A program made the position numbers and the translations under genes. This document shows, one piece after another, positions 20,791 to 30,474 of a DNA stretch of 60,937 nt; within the stretch, counting starts at the first letter, position 1, and each line of letters starts with the position of its first letter. Source of the stretch: Pseudomonadota bacterium (GTDB lineage: Bacteria; Pseudomonadota; Alphaproteobacteria; Azospirillales; Azospirillaceae); assembly GCA_023413605.1 (NCBI GenBank), contig JAEZPL010000722.1, positions 1 to 60,937 of the forward strand, given 5' to 3'. Below the pieces are notes generated by a model that saw only the letters and a program-made list of their open reading frames with translations, searched no databases and was not told the DNA's origin.

Positions 20791-22014
20791 TCAGCGTAAA
20801 GTTCGCCCGAGGCCGTCCAGGATATCACAGAATTGCCGGGCCACCCGGTCCGCTCCGAACCGCTCGATGGCCACCCGCGGGTCCGGGGTGGGGACTTCGC
20901 CCGCCAACAGCCGCGACAGCGCGTCGGCCAAACCCTGACGATCGGATGGAGCGGCGCTGGGCTGCCCAAAATCCGCAAGGAGTTGGTGTGACGGGCTGTC
21001 CGCCGGAGTGGCGCCCAGGATGGGGCGCCCGACGGCCAGATAGTCCATGATCTTGCTGGGCAGGAAGACGTTGCGGCCAGGGTGGTCCCCGTCGATCAGC
21101 AGCAGCGCGTCGGCCGACGCCATGTGCCGCAGGCTTTCCCCATAAGGCATGGCGCCGCCCACCCGCACCTGCTCCCGCAGTCCCAATTCACGAATCAACC
21201 GCCCCACGCCGGTGGACTGGTTGGCGACCAGTTCCAGGATGAAGCCGGGCGGCAAGCGGCCCCGGTCGCGCAGCATGGCCACGGCGTACAGGGTCTGGTC
21301 CGGCAGTCGGCCGGTGAAGAGGTTGCCTACATGGGCCAAGCGGAACCCCGTCCGCCCGCCATCGGCTGGTTTCAGGAGCGGTGTGAGTTCAGGTTCCAGC
21401 GCGTGGGGCAGGACGTGGGTCTTTCCCCGCCACGCGGCGGGGTACTTTCCCATCACCAACTCCACCGCAGCCGTGTTGGTGAAAACCAGAGCGTCGGCCG
21501 CAGCCGCCACGTCGGCCTCGGCCTTGCGGGTGACGGGGGTGGCCGTGTGGTACGGGCTGTCCACCCAGGGATCGCTGAAATGGGCGATCCAGGGCAGGGC
21601 CGGGTAGCGGCGTTTCAGCGCCAGCCCGACAAGATGGTCGCTCCAGGGCTGGCCGAAGGTCACCAGAGCGGCCGGTTTTTCCTGTCGAATCAGATCCTTG
21701 GCGCGGGCCACCGCTGCCTTTATCCAGGCACTCTCAAGCTGTTCGGCGGCCCAGGGTTGATAGAGGGCGCGCCACCAAGCCAGCTTCGGCTCGGTTCGCA
21801 CCGCCACCTCGGCCCGGCGGAAACGGCCGTGGTAGTGCCGATCCAGCACCGGATCCAGGGTCAGCGTGGCTGGGGGCCGATCGGGGGTCACCACCACGGG
21901 ATCCCAGCCCAGCCGACGGGTATGGTCCAGCAAGCGGGACACTTGAATCGACCGGGGCATCAGCATTGGCGGCAGGCAATAGCTGACGGCAATCAGACCG
22001 CGGGTCACAGCCAT
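20791..22014 (-). CDS. Glycosyltransferase (GT4-like)
   Basis: 'WIAHFSDPW', 'LAHVGNLF', 'FLPSKIMDYLAVGRPIL'. Confidence 0.85.
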   Translation of the reverse strand: MAVTRGLIAVSYCLPPMLMPRSIQVSRLLDHTRRLGWDPVVVTPDRPPATLTLDPVLDRHYHGRFRRAEVAVRTEPKLAWWRALYQPWAAEQLESAWIKAAVARAKDLIRQEKPAALVTFGQPWSDHLVGLALKRRYPALPWIAHFSDPWVDSPYHTATPVTRKAEADVAAAADALVFTNTAAVELVMGKYPAAWRGKTHVLPHALEPELTPLLKPADGGRTGFRLAHVGNLFTGRLPDQTLYAVAMLRDRGRLPPGFILELVANQSTGVGRLIRELGLREQVRVGGAMPYGESLRHMASADALLLIDGDHPGRNVFLPSKIMDYLAVGRPILGATPADSPSHQLLADFGQPSAAPSDRQGLADALSRLLAGEVPTPDPRVAIERFGADRVARQFCDILDGLGRTLR

Positions 22015-23816
22015 TCACGCATCCATTCATTCAGAACCAGAAGGTGCCAAAGCCGATGCCGATCCATCGGGTCGGTATCGGCTGCCGTCCCGGCGCTAAG
22101 GGCGTTGTCCAAGGCCTCCGGCTGGCACCAATTCCGCAGCGGCGCCACCGGATCCGCAAGGCGGTCGTGCGCGAAGTTCCGGTAAGGACCGGCCAGCCAG
22201 CCATAGACGGGCACTGGAAAGCCCATTTTGGGCCGCTGCACGATGGCGGGGGGCAGGAGCGTCGCAGCGAGCCGCCGCAAGGCCCGCTTGGTGGTGAAGA
22301 CCCCATCGGAGTCCGGGCCGGTCTTCGCGGCGGCGGGCGCGGCAGCGGCCCAGGCGACCAACCGGTAGTCCAGGAAGGGAGTGCGCAGTTCCAGCGACCG
22401 GGCCATCGACATCTTGTCCGCCTTCATCAGCAGGTCCTCGACCAGCCAATCATGACCGTAGGCGTAAAGAATCTGGTCCAGGGCGGAGGTGTCCCCTGCC
22501 CGGTCGATGTGGGCACGCACCCGGTCCATGCTGTCGGGCCAGCCGCCGGGCTGGGCCAGCAGGTTTCGCTTCTCCACCGAGGTCATATAGTTGGTCATGT
22601 GCGGCGGCACCGGCCATCGGCGCAGGTCAACCGGCGTGGCCGCCGCCGCCCAATCCCGGGCCACGCGGTCAAAGGTGTAGCCGGCCAGGATTTCGTCCGC
22701 TCCCTCGCCGGACAGCACCACCTTGACCCGGTCTGCGGCCAAAGCGGAGATCGCGCCCAGCGGAATGCTGGCCAGGTCGGCCAGAGGCTCGTCGGTGGCG
22801 CGGACGAAAGCCGGCAGCTGCTCCAGGAACCCAGCCGCGGTCAAGCGGAGTTCGTGGTGTTCGGCGCCGACATGGTCGGCGACCATCCGGGCGAAGGGAA
22901 GTTCGTCGATCTCCGGCGCCCCCTCGAAACCAACGGAGAAGGTCAGCAGGGGCCGGTGTCCCTGGCGGGCGGCAAGGGCGGCGACCACGCTGCTGTCCAG
23001 CCCGCCGCTCAGCATGATCCCCACCGGCACGTCGGCGATCAGCCGCAGGCGCACCGCATCGTCGAGCAGAGCGGTGAACTGCGCGTCGAGTTCCGCGTCC
23101 TGCCTGGCCTCCGACAACTCATCGGGTCGGGTGGGCCTGGGCAACGTCCAATAGGGCCGGGACGGTGGTGGGGGCTGGCCGGCGGGCACCGACAGGCAGT
23201 GGCCGGGAGGAAGCTTCCAGATGTCCTCCCAGATGCAGCGGTTGCCGGGAACATAGCGGAAGGTCAGGTAGTCCCAGACGGCTTGGCTGGATACGCGAGG
23301 CCGCCAGACGCCACTGGCCAGGATGGCCTTGATCTCCGACGCGAACAGGAGCCGTTGCCCGTCCCAGGCGACGTAGAGCGGCTTCACCCCCAGCCGGTCG
23401 CGCATCAGGTGCAGGGTGCGGCTGCGCCCATCCCAGATCGCGATGGCGAACATGCCGTTCATCCGCTCCAGCGCCGGCAGCCCGCCATCCAGATAGAGCC
23501 GCAGGACGACTTCCGTGTCGGAGCGGGTGCGGAACACGTGGCCGCGACGGGCGAGTTCCTCGCGCAGGACGGCGAAATTGTAGATCTCGCCGTTAAAGAC
23601 CAACTGCACCGACGCATCGGCGTCGGCCATGGGCTGTTCGCCCCCCGGCAGGTCGATGATGGCCAGCCGTCTCATGCCCAGCCCGACCAGCGCATCGGCG
23701 GTGATGCCCTCGCCATCGGGACCGCGGTGCCGGATCGCGTCCGTCATGCGGGCCAGCAGTATCCGCTTCTCCTCCGGCGGACATTGGGGATCGAGAATGC
23801 CGGCGATGCCGCACAT
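22005..23816 (-). CDS. asnB: Asparagine synthase (glutamine-hydrolysing)-like amidotransferase, second copy
   Basis: 'MCGIAG', 'HRGPDG', 'RRLAIID', 'NGEIYN', 'MLSGGLDSS', 'SGEGADE', 'KADKMSM...LELRTPFLD'. Confidence 0.93.
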   Translation of the reverse strand: MCGIAGILDPQCPPEEKRILLARMTDAIRHRGPDGEGITADALVGLGMRRLAIIDLPGGEQPMADADASVQLVFNGEIYNFAVLREELARRGHVFRTRSDTEVVLRLYLDGGLPALERMNGMFAIAIWDGRSRTLHLMRDRLGVKPLYVAWDGQRLLFASEIKAILASGVWRPRVSSQAVWDYLTFRYVPGNRCIWEDIWKLPPGHCLSVPAGQPPPPSRPYWTLPRPTRPDELSEARQDAELDAQFTALLDDAVRLRLIADVPVGIMLSGGLDSSVVAALAARQGHRPLLTFSVGFEGAPEIDELPFARMVADHVGAEHHELRLTAAGFLEQLPAFVRATDEPLADLASIPLGAISALAADRVKVVLSGEGADEILAGYTFDRVARDWAAAATPVDLRRWPVPPHMTNYMTSVEKRNLLAQPGGWPDSMDRVRAHIDRAGDTSALDQILYAYGHDWLVEDLLMKADKMSMARSLELRTPFLDYRLVAWAAAAPAAAKTGPDSDGVFTTKRALRRLAATLLPPAIVQRPKMGFPVPVYGWLAGPYRNFAHDRLADPVAPLRNWCQPEALDNALSAGTAADTDPMDRHRLWHLLVLNEWMREWL

Positions 23817-23820
23817 GGCG

Positions 23821-24675
23821 TCAGACCGTGCGGCCGGCGAAGCGCAGAACGTCGTTGAAGCCGATGCTGGCAAGGCCCCGCCGTGTGGCATGTTCCAGGG
23901 CGCGCTGGAACGGGGCCTGCCCCGCCACATGGGCGGGATCGACGTAGTAGTTCAGGATGCCGTGGGCACCCGCCGCCAGGAGCCGGTCCACCGTTTCCGC
24001 GAACAGGTCGTAAAAGCTGTCGCCCAAAGCGTAATTGTGCCGGTCGGTCAGGTGCGACCAGCTGTCCAACAGCGTGTCCGGGGCCGCCCAGGTGCCGAAG
24101 GTGGGGATCTCCAGAATGCCCGCAGCGTCGTACCAAGGGCCGCGCGACAGGGCCTGGGCCGGCACGGTGGAGGAGCTGAACGCATAACCCAACTGGGCCA
24201 GCGTGCGGTGGACCAGAGCCAACTGCTCCGGTGCCTGGAATCCGCCGAAATGGGCCGTGCGGTAGCCGCGCGGAGTCTGGCCCGTCACCTCCTGGACGAT
24301 GCGGTGGCCATCGCGGATGTCCGCCACGACCTCCTCCTCCGGCATCCGGGCGTAGAAGGTGCACCCCCACCAGCGGCCGTCGCGGAATTCCGCATGGGGC
24401 AGGCCGCCATGGTTGAGGAAATGCGCTCCCCGTTCCGCAAGGCCGCGGTAGGTGGGAGCCGCCTTCAGCAGCTGCGCTCCGGGCACGGCGAAGGTGGCCT
24501 GGATCCCGTACTCCTTCAGCAGGGGCTCAAGGTCGAGGGCGGCGGCGGGATCGAGGTCGGTGTCGCAGTCGAAGGACAGCAGGAGATAGAGCCGGTCCAG
24601 TCCAGCCTGCCGCGCCAACGAGTCATAGCGGGCCAGACCTTGCGGAAGGGCAGTGGTTTTAGGCGGGGTGGCCAT
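23821..24675 (-). CDS. Polysaccharide deacetylase family protein
   Basis: 'LSFDCD', 'ATFAVPG', 'NHGGLPH', 'GYRTAHF'. Start 24675 follows GGAGA; alternative start 24699. Confidence 0.8.
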   Translation of the reverse strand: MATPPKTTALPQGLARYDSLARQAGLDRLYLLLSFDCDTDLDPAAALDLEPLLKEYGIQATFAVPGAQLLKAAPTYRGLAERGAHFLNHGGLPHAEFRDGRWWGCTFYARMPEEEVVADIRDGHRIVQEVTGQTPRGYRTAHFGGFQAPEQLALVHRTLAQLGYAFSSSTVPAQALSRGPWYDAAGILEIPTFGTWAAPDTLLDSWSHLTDRHNYALGDSFYDLFAETVDRLLAAGAHGILNYYVDPAHVAGQAPFQRALEHATRRGLASIGFNDVLRFAGRTV

Positions 24676-24695
24676 GCTGCTGTCTCCGATGCCGG

Positions 24696-25580
24696 TCATT
24701 CGGGTTTTTCCACTTCGATCCACAAGCTCCACCCCCAACGCCGGCCCAGGGCGCGGATCCAGGAAAGCGGCATCTTCTTCCCCAGGAAGGGGAACCAGAC
24801 GTCCAGGATGTCCGGAACGTCGGTGCCCAGGACGCGCACCTCTATCCTTGCACCGGCCGGGAAAAGAGATCGGCGCACCTCGTCGATGGTCACGGGCCAC
24901 GTGTGCGGGTTCCCTTCCTGCCGGGCCGCGTCGCCATAGCGGCTGGCCAGTTGCAAGGGGTCCAGGAACTGGCTTTCCAGATTGACGAAGCCCTCCTGGA
25001 ACTGCACCAGGAAGCGGAACAGCAAGGAGTGGCGGTTGTACAGCATGATACCGAGCCGCCCTCCGGGCTTCAGGACTCGCCAGAGTTCCGCGAGCGCCTT
25101 GTGCGTGCCCGGCGTGTGATGCAGCACGCCCCAGGAATAGGCGAAGTCGAAACTTTCGTCTGTGAAGGGAAGCTGTTCCGCGTCGGCGGGACGGATGTCG
25201 CCGTTCAGCCCGAAGCTGGCGAAGCGGCGCCGGGTCTGCTCCACCGCAACGGGATTGAGATCCACGGCCGTGACATGGGCGCCGTGCCGGGCCCAGTTCA
25301 TGGCCATGCAGCCCATGCCGCAGCCGACCTCCAGGACGGGACGGCCGCGGTAGCGCTCATAGTCGAAAATGCGGGAAAAATGTCCGGCCGGGCCATGCAG
25401 TGGTTCATTCCACGCATAGAAGGTCGCATCCGCCTGTTCAAAGAACTCCCGCGACCCGATCTCGACTCTCATCTCCTCGCCGCTGTCGGTGCGGTAGGTG
25501 GTGGTGCCGTGATCCTGCCCATAGGTCATCGGGTGGTCGGCCCACCAGGACCGGATGTCCGTCTTGGCCGGATCAGACAT
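24696..25580 (-). CDS. Class I SAM-dependent methyltransferase
   Basis: 'VLEVGCGMG', 'DAEQLPF.DESFDFAYSWGVLHH', 'VLKPGG'. Confidence 0.92.
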   Translation of the reverse strand: MSDPAKTDIRSWWADHPMTYGQDHGTTTYRTDSGEEMRVEIGSREFFEQADATFYAWNEPLHGPAGHFSRIFDYERYRGRPVLEVGCGMGCMAMNWARHGAHVTAVDLNPVAVEQTRRRFASFGLNGDIRPADAEQLPFTDESFDFAYSWGVLHHTPGTHKALAELWRVLKPGGRLGIMLYNRHSLLFRFLVQFQEGFVNLESQFLDPLQLASRYGDAARQEGNPHTWPVTIDEVRRSLFPAGARIEVRVLGTDVPDILDVWFPFLGKKMPLSWIRALGRRWGWSLWIEVEKPE

Positions 25581-26265
25581 GGTCGCCTCGCTTCCTGTCG
25601 CCCGTCATTCCATCCCAACAGGCCAGCAGCATGGCCACGGGGACGACCGCAGCCGCCAGCAGCAACTCGATGATGCGGCGATCGGCCAGGTACCGGCGCA
25701 GCGCCAAGCGTCGCCGCATTGCCCCGTCCAGGCGGAAGAGACGACGGCGCCCGTTCAGAACATAGACAGTGGAAACCTGCCGTGCCGCCGCCCGCTCGAT
25801 GGGAGCGCAGCCAAGCCCCAGGGCGTCGCGGTAGCACAGGATCACGGCGTCGGGAGGCTGCCCATCAGCCATGCGAGCCCAACCGGACGAAGCCGGATCG
25901 ATCACGGGATTCTGCCGCGCGACGGCAAGCTGCGTGAAATGGAGGCGGTCCCTCCACGTCGAATCGATGACCAGTTCGCAATGGGCCGGTGCCAGCCAAG
26001 CTGCCAACTCGTCGATCTGGGCGGCCATGTAGCTTGGATGGCGGGGGTTTGCGTAGAAGTTCCGGTGCATCATCCGGTGCCCGTTCCATCGCTTGCACAA
26101 TCCCGCGGGGCCGCCTCCCTCGTCAGGATTGGGGTCGCGGTCAGCGCCGTGATAGGCGCAGGCCACCAGCAGAATGCGCCCAGTCGGCAGACGGTCGGCG
26201 CTCGGATGCACAGTCAGGCCGCGGGCTCTGCCCGGCTGCGCCGTCAACTCGTTGTCGTTCCGCAT
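25573..26265 (-). CDS. Hypothetical protein with a C-terminal hydrophobic segment
   Basis: In-operon ORF overlapping the start of the downstream gene; host-like codons; C-terminal 'IIELLLAAAVVPVAMLLACW'. Confidence 0.7.
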   Translation of the reverse strand: MRNDNELTAQPGRARGLTVHPSADRLPTGRILLVACAYHGADRDPNPDEGGGPAGLCKRWNGHRMMHRNFYANPRHPSYMAAQIDELAAWLAPAHCELVIDSTWRDRLHFTQLAVARQNPVIDPASSGWARMADGQPPDAVILCYRDALGLGCAPIERAAARQVSTVYVLNGRRRLFRLDGAMRRRLALRRYLADRRIIELLLAAAVVPVAMLLACWDGMTGDRKRGDHV

Positions 26266-26379
26266 TCCCCGCCCACCGTCGATTCAAACTATGCTTTTGG
26301 CATAAGCAAGGCGCATACCACGCGGCCGAGGTCCTTGTCGAGCCAGGGGCCGGTCGGCCGCCGAAAGCCCTCACGGACC

Positions 26380-27366
26380 TCACAGGCGCAGGCTGGCAAA
26401 AAAGGACCGGCAAAGAATGCCCCCGAACTTGCTCTTGAATCGGGTCAGGCCGGCGATCTTTCCGTCCGTCTCGGATGGGTCGACGATCCCCACCTCATAG
26501 CGCCGGTCGCCGGCAAGATGGGCTTGGCGAATGGCTTCCCACAACAGCAGATAGTTGATACCGCTGTTCAAATGGAGCGTTCGCGAACAGCCGGTGTGAT
26601 AAAGCGAGAGGCCGTTCAGGACGGCGACGTTGTGGTAGGCCACGACCTGCCCTTCCGGATCGTAACCGGCATAAAGCCGGCTGTACGGACCCTGCGTGGA
26701 CAGCCGAGCGATGCCTTCGAAATAGGCCCGGGGATGGGGCGGGACCCCCGTCCGCGTGTAGGTTTCCTCATGGATGGCGTAATAGGAATCCACGTGCTCC
26801 GGCCAAGGCACCTGAGCCACTTGGAAACCGGCCTCCCGGCAATGACGGATGATCCGGCGGGCGTCCGGAGCCAACCCTTGCCATAGGCTCTCCTCGTCCT
26901 GCCCGGTGAAATCGATCACCCGCGTGTAACGGCTGGTGTCCTTCCAGCCGAAGGGGAAGAAGGGATTCACTCCCTGCGGAGAGTGGATGCTGCTGTCCGT
27001 CATGGCGGGCATCCCCAGGGCCAAATCCCGCGCCTCCAGCCGCCGGGCGCGCCGGGGAAGTTCCGCCATCGCCGCAGCCATCACCTCCCGGCGTTCGGCC
27101 GTGGATAAATCCCCGCGCATGACCGGCCCGCTCCAGCCCCAGCCCGAGGAAGCCAGAGCACCGTCGGGCCGCTGGTGCAACGGCACCACCGCCGCCAGGG
27201 CGCCGCGATGCAGGATTCCGAAGCCTTGGTCCCGCAGGTCCCACCGTTTGACGGGGGGGATGATCTCCTGCCATCCCGACAGGGCGAACAGGAAGCCTTC
27301 AGGCGAACCCTGAACCACGCCGTCCCACTGCTGGGGAGGGATGTCCCGCCGCTCCAACACCTTCAT
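26380..27366 (-). CDS. FemAB/FemX-like GNAT-fold acyl/aminoacyl transferase
   Basis: 'WDGVV...FLFALSGW', 'ESLWQGL...RRIIR', 'NYLLLWEAIRQA', 'GLTRFKSKFGG'. Confidence 0.82.
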   Translation of the reverse strand: MKVLERRDIPPQQWDGVVQGSPEGFLFALSGWQEIIPPVKRWDLRDQGFGILHRGALAAVVPLHQRPDGALASSGWGWSGPVMRGDLSTAERREVMAAAMAELPRRARRLEARDLALGMPAMTDSSIHSPQGVNPFFPFGWKDTSRYTRVIDFTGQDEESLWQGLAPDARRIIRHCREAGFQVAQVPWPEHVDSYYAIHEETYTRTGVPPHPRAYFEGIARLSTQGPYSRLYAGYDPEGQVVAYHNVAVLNGLSLYHTGCSRTLHLNSGINYLLLWEAIRQAHLAGDRRYEVGIVDPSETDGKIAGLTRFKSKFGGILCRSFFASLRL

Positions 27367-27402
27367 GCCGGGTTTCCCTCGAAGGCGGACATCCGGACGA
27401 AC

Positions 27403-28362
27403 TCAGGCATCGGGCTTTCTCTTCGTGGCGATCAGGTAAAGCGAGGATGCCTGATGAGGCAGGAACACCCTGCCGAACAGGGCGAAGCCGTCGTCCACCA
27501 GCTTGTACCGCCGGATCCGGCCATCGAGCGCCCAATCCGGGGGGCCCCAGCCCAGATGCTTGATTTCGGTTACATCAAGGCCGGACTTGAGCATCTTCGC
27601 CTCGATGATGCGTGCCGTGTAGAAGTGGACATGATCGGTCTGGCGCAACGTCTCGGGTGCGCGCCGATAAGCCCACTGCCACCACCAGGCGCCTTCGTTG
27701 GGCGTGCCGAGGATCGCCAACCCTCCCGGCTTCAGGATGCGGCGGATCGTTTGCAGGACGCCCAGGTCATCCGGAACATGCTCGATGACATGGTTGCAGA
27801 AGATGATGTCATAGCTGTCGGGCTGAACAGGGTAGCGCAGGATGTCAGCGAGAAAAAATTTTGCCGAAGGCAGCCGCCGCTCGGCCCTGGCCAGACGCAG
27901 CGGATTGTAATCGCTGCCGTGGATGTCCCGCCCGAAAGCGGACAGCCAGCGGAGATTGGTGCCGTCCCCACAGCCGAGGTCCAGCAGACGCTCCGCGCGC
28001 TCCAGGCCGAGGCGTTCGAGATGGCGCCGGATCACGCCCGTCACATAGAGCCGCCGCTTCTTCAGGTGATGGCGCCAGGGGCTGCTTTCCTCCGGATCCT
28101 GCTCGGCTGCGTACCAAGCTGGATTCTCCTTCTGCATCCGCTCGACCGAGGCGCAATGGTGTTCCGCATCGGGCACAAGGATCGGCATTCCGCCGATCCG
28201 GGGGAACAGCATTCCGCAGCCAAGGCATCGCAGGCCTTCAGCAAGGCTCTCCAATCCTCCGGCCCGGCAAGCAGGGCAGCACAGGACGGCCTCAAGGCCA
28301 TAGCCACTGTATGGCTTGTCCAATGATGCGAAGCTTTCGCCCCGTCCCGAATGGCTTTCCAT
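27403..28362 (-). CDS. SAM methyltransferase with an N-terminal Trm112-like Zn-ribbon
   Basis: 'CCPAC...LRCLGCG..FP..GGMPIL', then 'LLDLGCGDG', 'CNHVIEHVPDD', 'ILKPGG'. Confidence 0.88.
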   Translation of the reverse strand: MESHSGRGESFASLDKPYSGYGLEAVLCCPACRAGGLESLAEGLRCLGCGMLFPRIGGMPILVPDAEHHCASVERMQKENPAWYAAEQDPEESSPWRHHLKKRRLYVTGVIRRHLERLGLERAERLLDLGCGDGTNLRWLSAFGRDIHGSDYNPLRLARAERRLPSAKFFLADILRYPVQPDSYDIIFCNHVIEHVPDDLGVLQTIRRILKPGGLAILGTPNEGAWWWQWAYRRAPETLRQTDHVHFYTARIIEAKMLKSGLDVTEIKHLGWGPPDWALDGRIRRYKLVDDGFALFGRVFLPHQASSLYLIATKRKPDA

Positions 28363-28371
28363 GCGGCGTCC

Positions 28372-29544
28372 TCAGATACCCAGCCGGCGCCGCTGCTCGA
28401 CGACCAGCGGATTGGCGTTGATCACGTTTGTAAAGCCGGCTTTCACCAGATCCGCGGCGACGGCGCCGAACTGGGAAAGGCTGACGACGATGGGAGTGTC
28501 CTTGGGCAAGGTCCGGACTGCCTCTTCGAGGTTCAGGATGGGGAGGCCGTGCTTCTCTCCGGACTTGAACTTGTCAATAAGGCCGGCGACCGTTTGATTG
28601 GTCGCGTCCTCCAGCAAGGGCAGGAGCAAGTCTCCGCCCAGCCCCGCACCATAGATGTGCAGCGGCCGGCTTTCGGAAAGTTCGTCGAGCGAACGGATCT
28701 CCCGCACCGCCGGAGTCAAATCCCCTGGTTCGGGCCGGCGGGCAAACAGATACTCGCTGTTGGACTCCTCCGAGGCGAGACGACGCAGGCTGAAGCCCAG
28801 TTCGTCCTGACAGAGGCTCAGCACCTCACGCAGGGTGGAAAATTCCATAGGCCAGCCGCCCAGCCAGTCGCGCAGATCCACCATCATCGACATGCCCCGG
28901 CTCTGGCGATAGGAGCGTGCCATGCCAGGAACCTTCAGCATCCCGGACAGTGACCTACGGGCCATGACGAGCCAGATGTAGTCCAGCTCCATCCACCGCT
29001 TCTTCAGCCAGCCGCCGGCGTTGTAGGCCTGCTTGATGCGCAGCCAGTCCTCGGGCGTGGGCCGGATGTAGGCGTCGGCCGTATAAAGCGCGATGTACAG
29101 CAGGCCGTCGTCCGCCACCCGGTCACAGGCATGGCGCAAGGCCGTCCATTGCGCGCCGGTGTGGTGCAACACCCCCCAGGAATAGACTATGTCGGCCTTC
29201 GGCAGGCCGGCCATGAAATCGGCGTCCAGCACGGAGCCCTGGGTCACGGTCCAGTTCCTGGGCGTTCCGGCCCGGGCGTGCAGGGCTTGTGTCGCGGCCA
29301 CGGAATTCGGATCGTAGTCGAAGCTGATCACCCGCTCCGCTCCGGCCTGCCACATGCCGAGCGAATGGATGCCGCTGCCCGATCCGATGTCCAGGACGGT
29401 CTTTCCTCGCAAGTCGGGCAAGCGGAGAAAATCCAGAAGATGCTTTTGCGCAATGGTCACCCGCTCCTCACTGAAATGATGGTCGAGGAACCCCTGCCAG
29501 TTTTTTCCAAACGCAAAACGGTCCTGGGGATCGGCTACGGTCAT
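28372..29544 (-). CDS. SAM methyltransferase with a C-terminal Rossmann-like module
   Basis: 'RFAFGKNW', 'LDIGSGSG', 'DIVYSWGVLHHTG', 'DWLGGWP.E'; C-terminal 'IYGAGLGG'. ATG 29544 follows GAGGA. Confidence 0.88.
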   Translation of the reverse strand: MTVADPQDRFAFGKNWQGFLDHHFSEERVTIAQKHLLDFLRLPDLRGKTVLDIGSGSGIHSLGMWQAGAERVISFDYDPNSVAATQALHARAGTPRNWTVTQGSVLDADFMAGLPKADIVYSWGVLHHTGAQWTALRHACDRVADDGLLYIALYTADAYIRPTPEDWLRIKQAYNAGGWLKKRWMELDYIWLVMARRSLSGMLKVPGMARSYRQSRGMSMMVDLRDWLGGWPMEFSTLREVLSLCQDELGFSLRRLASEESNSEYLFARRPEPGDLTPAVREIRSLDELSESRPLHIYGAGLGGDLLLPLLEDATNQTVAGLIDKFKSGEKHGLPILNLEEAVRTLPKDTPIVVSLSQFGAVAADLVKAGFTNVINANPLVVEQRRRLGI

Positions 29545-29955
29545 TTCGTCGTCCTCGGTGCGAGTCGTTGCTAGGGCGGGCAATGCTGTGTCGTGGAGTG
29601 GCGGATACAGCCGGCAACGGAGCGTCGAAAAATGGACGTTGCCCCGTTTCGCCGGGTCCTTAAAGCTTGTTCAGGAGGTCGGAACCGAAACCATGGCCGA
29701 CGAGTTGGCCCCTCATTCAAGTCGATCTGTCCGCTGGTGCATCAGCCTGGGATACTCACGGGTCTATTAACCCTTTCGGTGAGGATGGAAGCAAGGGTCC
29801 CATTGAGGGGCAACAGCGATGACGGAAGCGTTCCAGGGAGGCGGCCGGAACTTGCCCGGAAAGGCAGCGGGGCTTCGCGCGAGAGGCTCGCCTTTCTGGC
29901 CGGAGCCGCAGTGCCAGTCCTGCCCGGTAGGCGCGCTGGGTGCCCATGTGACCAC

Positions 29956-30452
29956 TGAACCGCTCCGGGTTTCCGCTGGCCCTGCGGGCTCGGCTGGCGG
30001 GTGTCGCGCACCGCCCCCACGCCAAGTTCGTGCTGGACGCCTTGGAGCAGGCGCTTCACGACCGCCGGCCGGCCAAGGGCGGCGGCCTCATCCACCACTC
30101 CGACCGCAGGGCGCAATATGTCGCTATCAAGTACACCGAGCGTCTCACCGACGCCGGTGTCGAGCCCTCCGTGGGCAGCGTCGGCGACAGCGACGACAAC
30201 GCCTTGGCCGAGACGATCAACGGCCTCTACAAGACCGAGGTGATCCGGCACCGCGGCCCATGGCGCACCCTGGAAGCCGTCGAGTTCGCCACCTTGGAAT
30301 GGGTGGACTGGTTCAACCACCGGCGCTTGCTCGAACCCATCGGCAACATTCCACCCGCCGAGGCCGAAGCGCGCTACTATGCTCAAACCGAGGACATCGC
30401 CATGGCGGCGTGACTCAAGCCAAATGCCCTCCGGGAAGCCCGGCGCGGTTCA
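29956..30452 (+). mobile_element. Internally deleted IS3-family element retaining both terminal inverted repeats
   Basis: Left end TGAACCGCTCCGGGTTTCC; right end (reverse complement) TGAACCGCGCCGGGCTTCC. Between them lies only the 3' part of the DDE OrfB: 'GWRVSRTA', 'LDALEQAL', 'HHSDRRAQY', 'DNALAETINGLYKTE', 'WFNHRR'. Confidence 0.9.
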
Positions 30453-30474
30453 GTCGTTCTGGCGGTTTGGCCGC

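Noticed and set aside
16247..23816. AsnB genes as lasso-peptide cyclases or a RiPP cluster with the C39 transporter
   Set aside because: Both keep the intact Ntn glutaminase domain, no precursor or B protein is visible, and the C39-like domain lacks its catalytic Cys.
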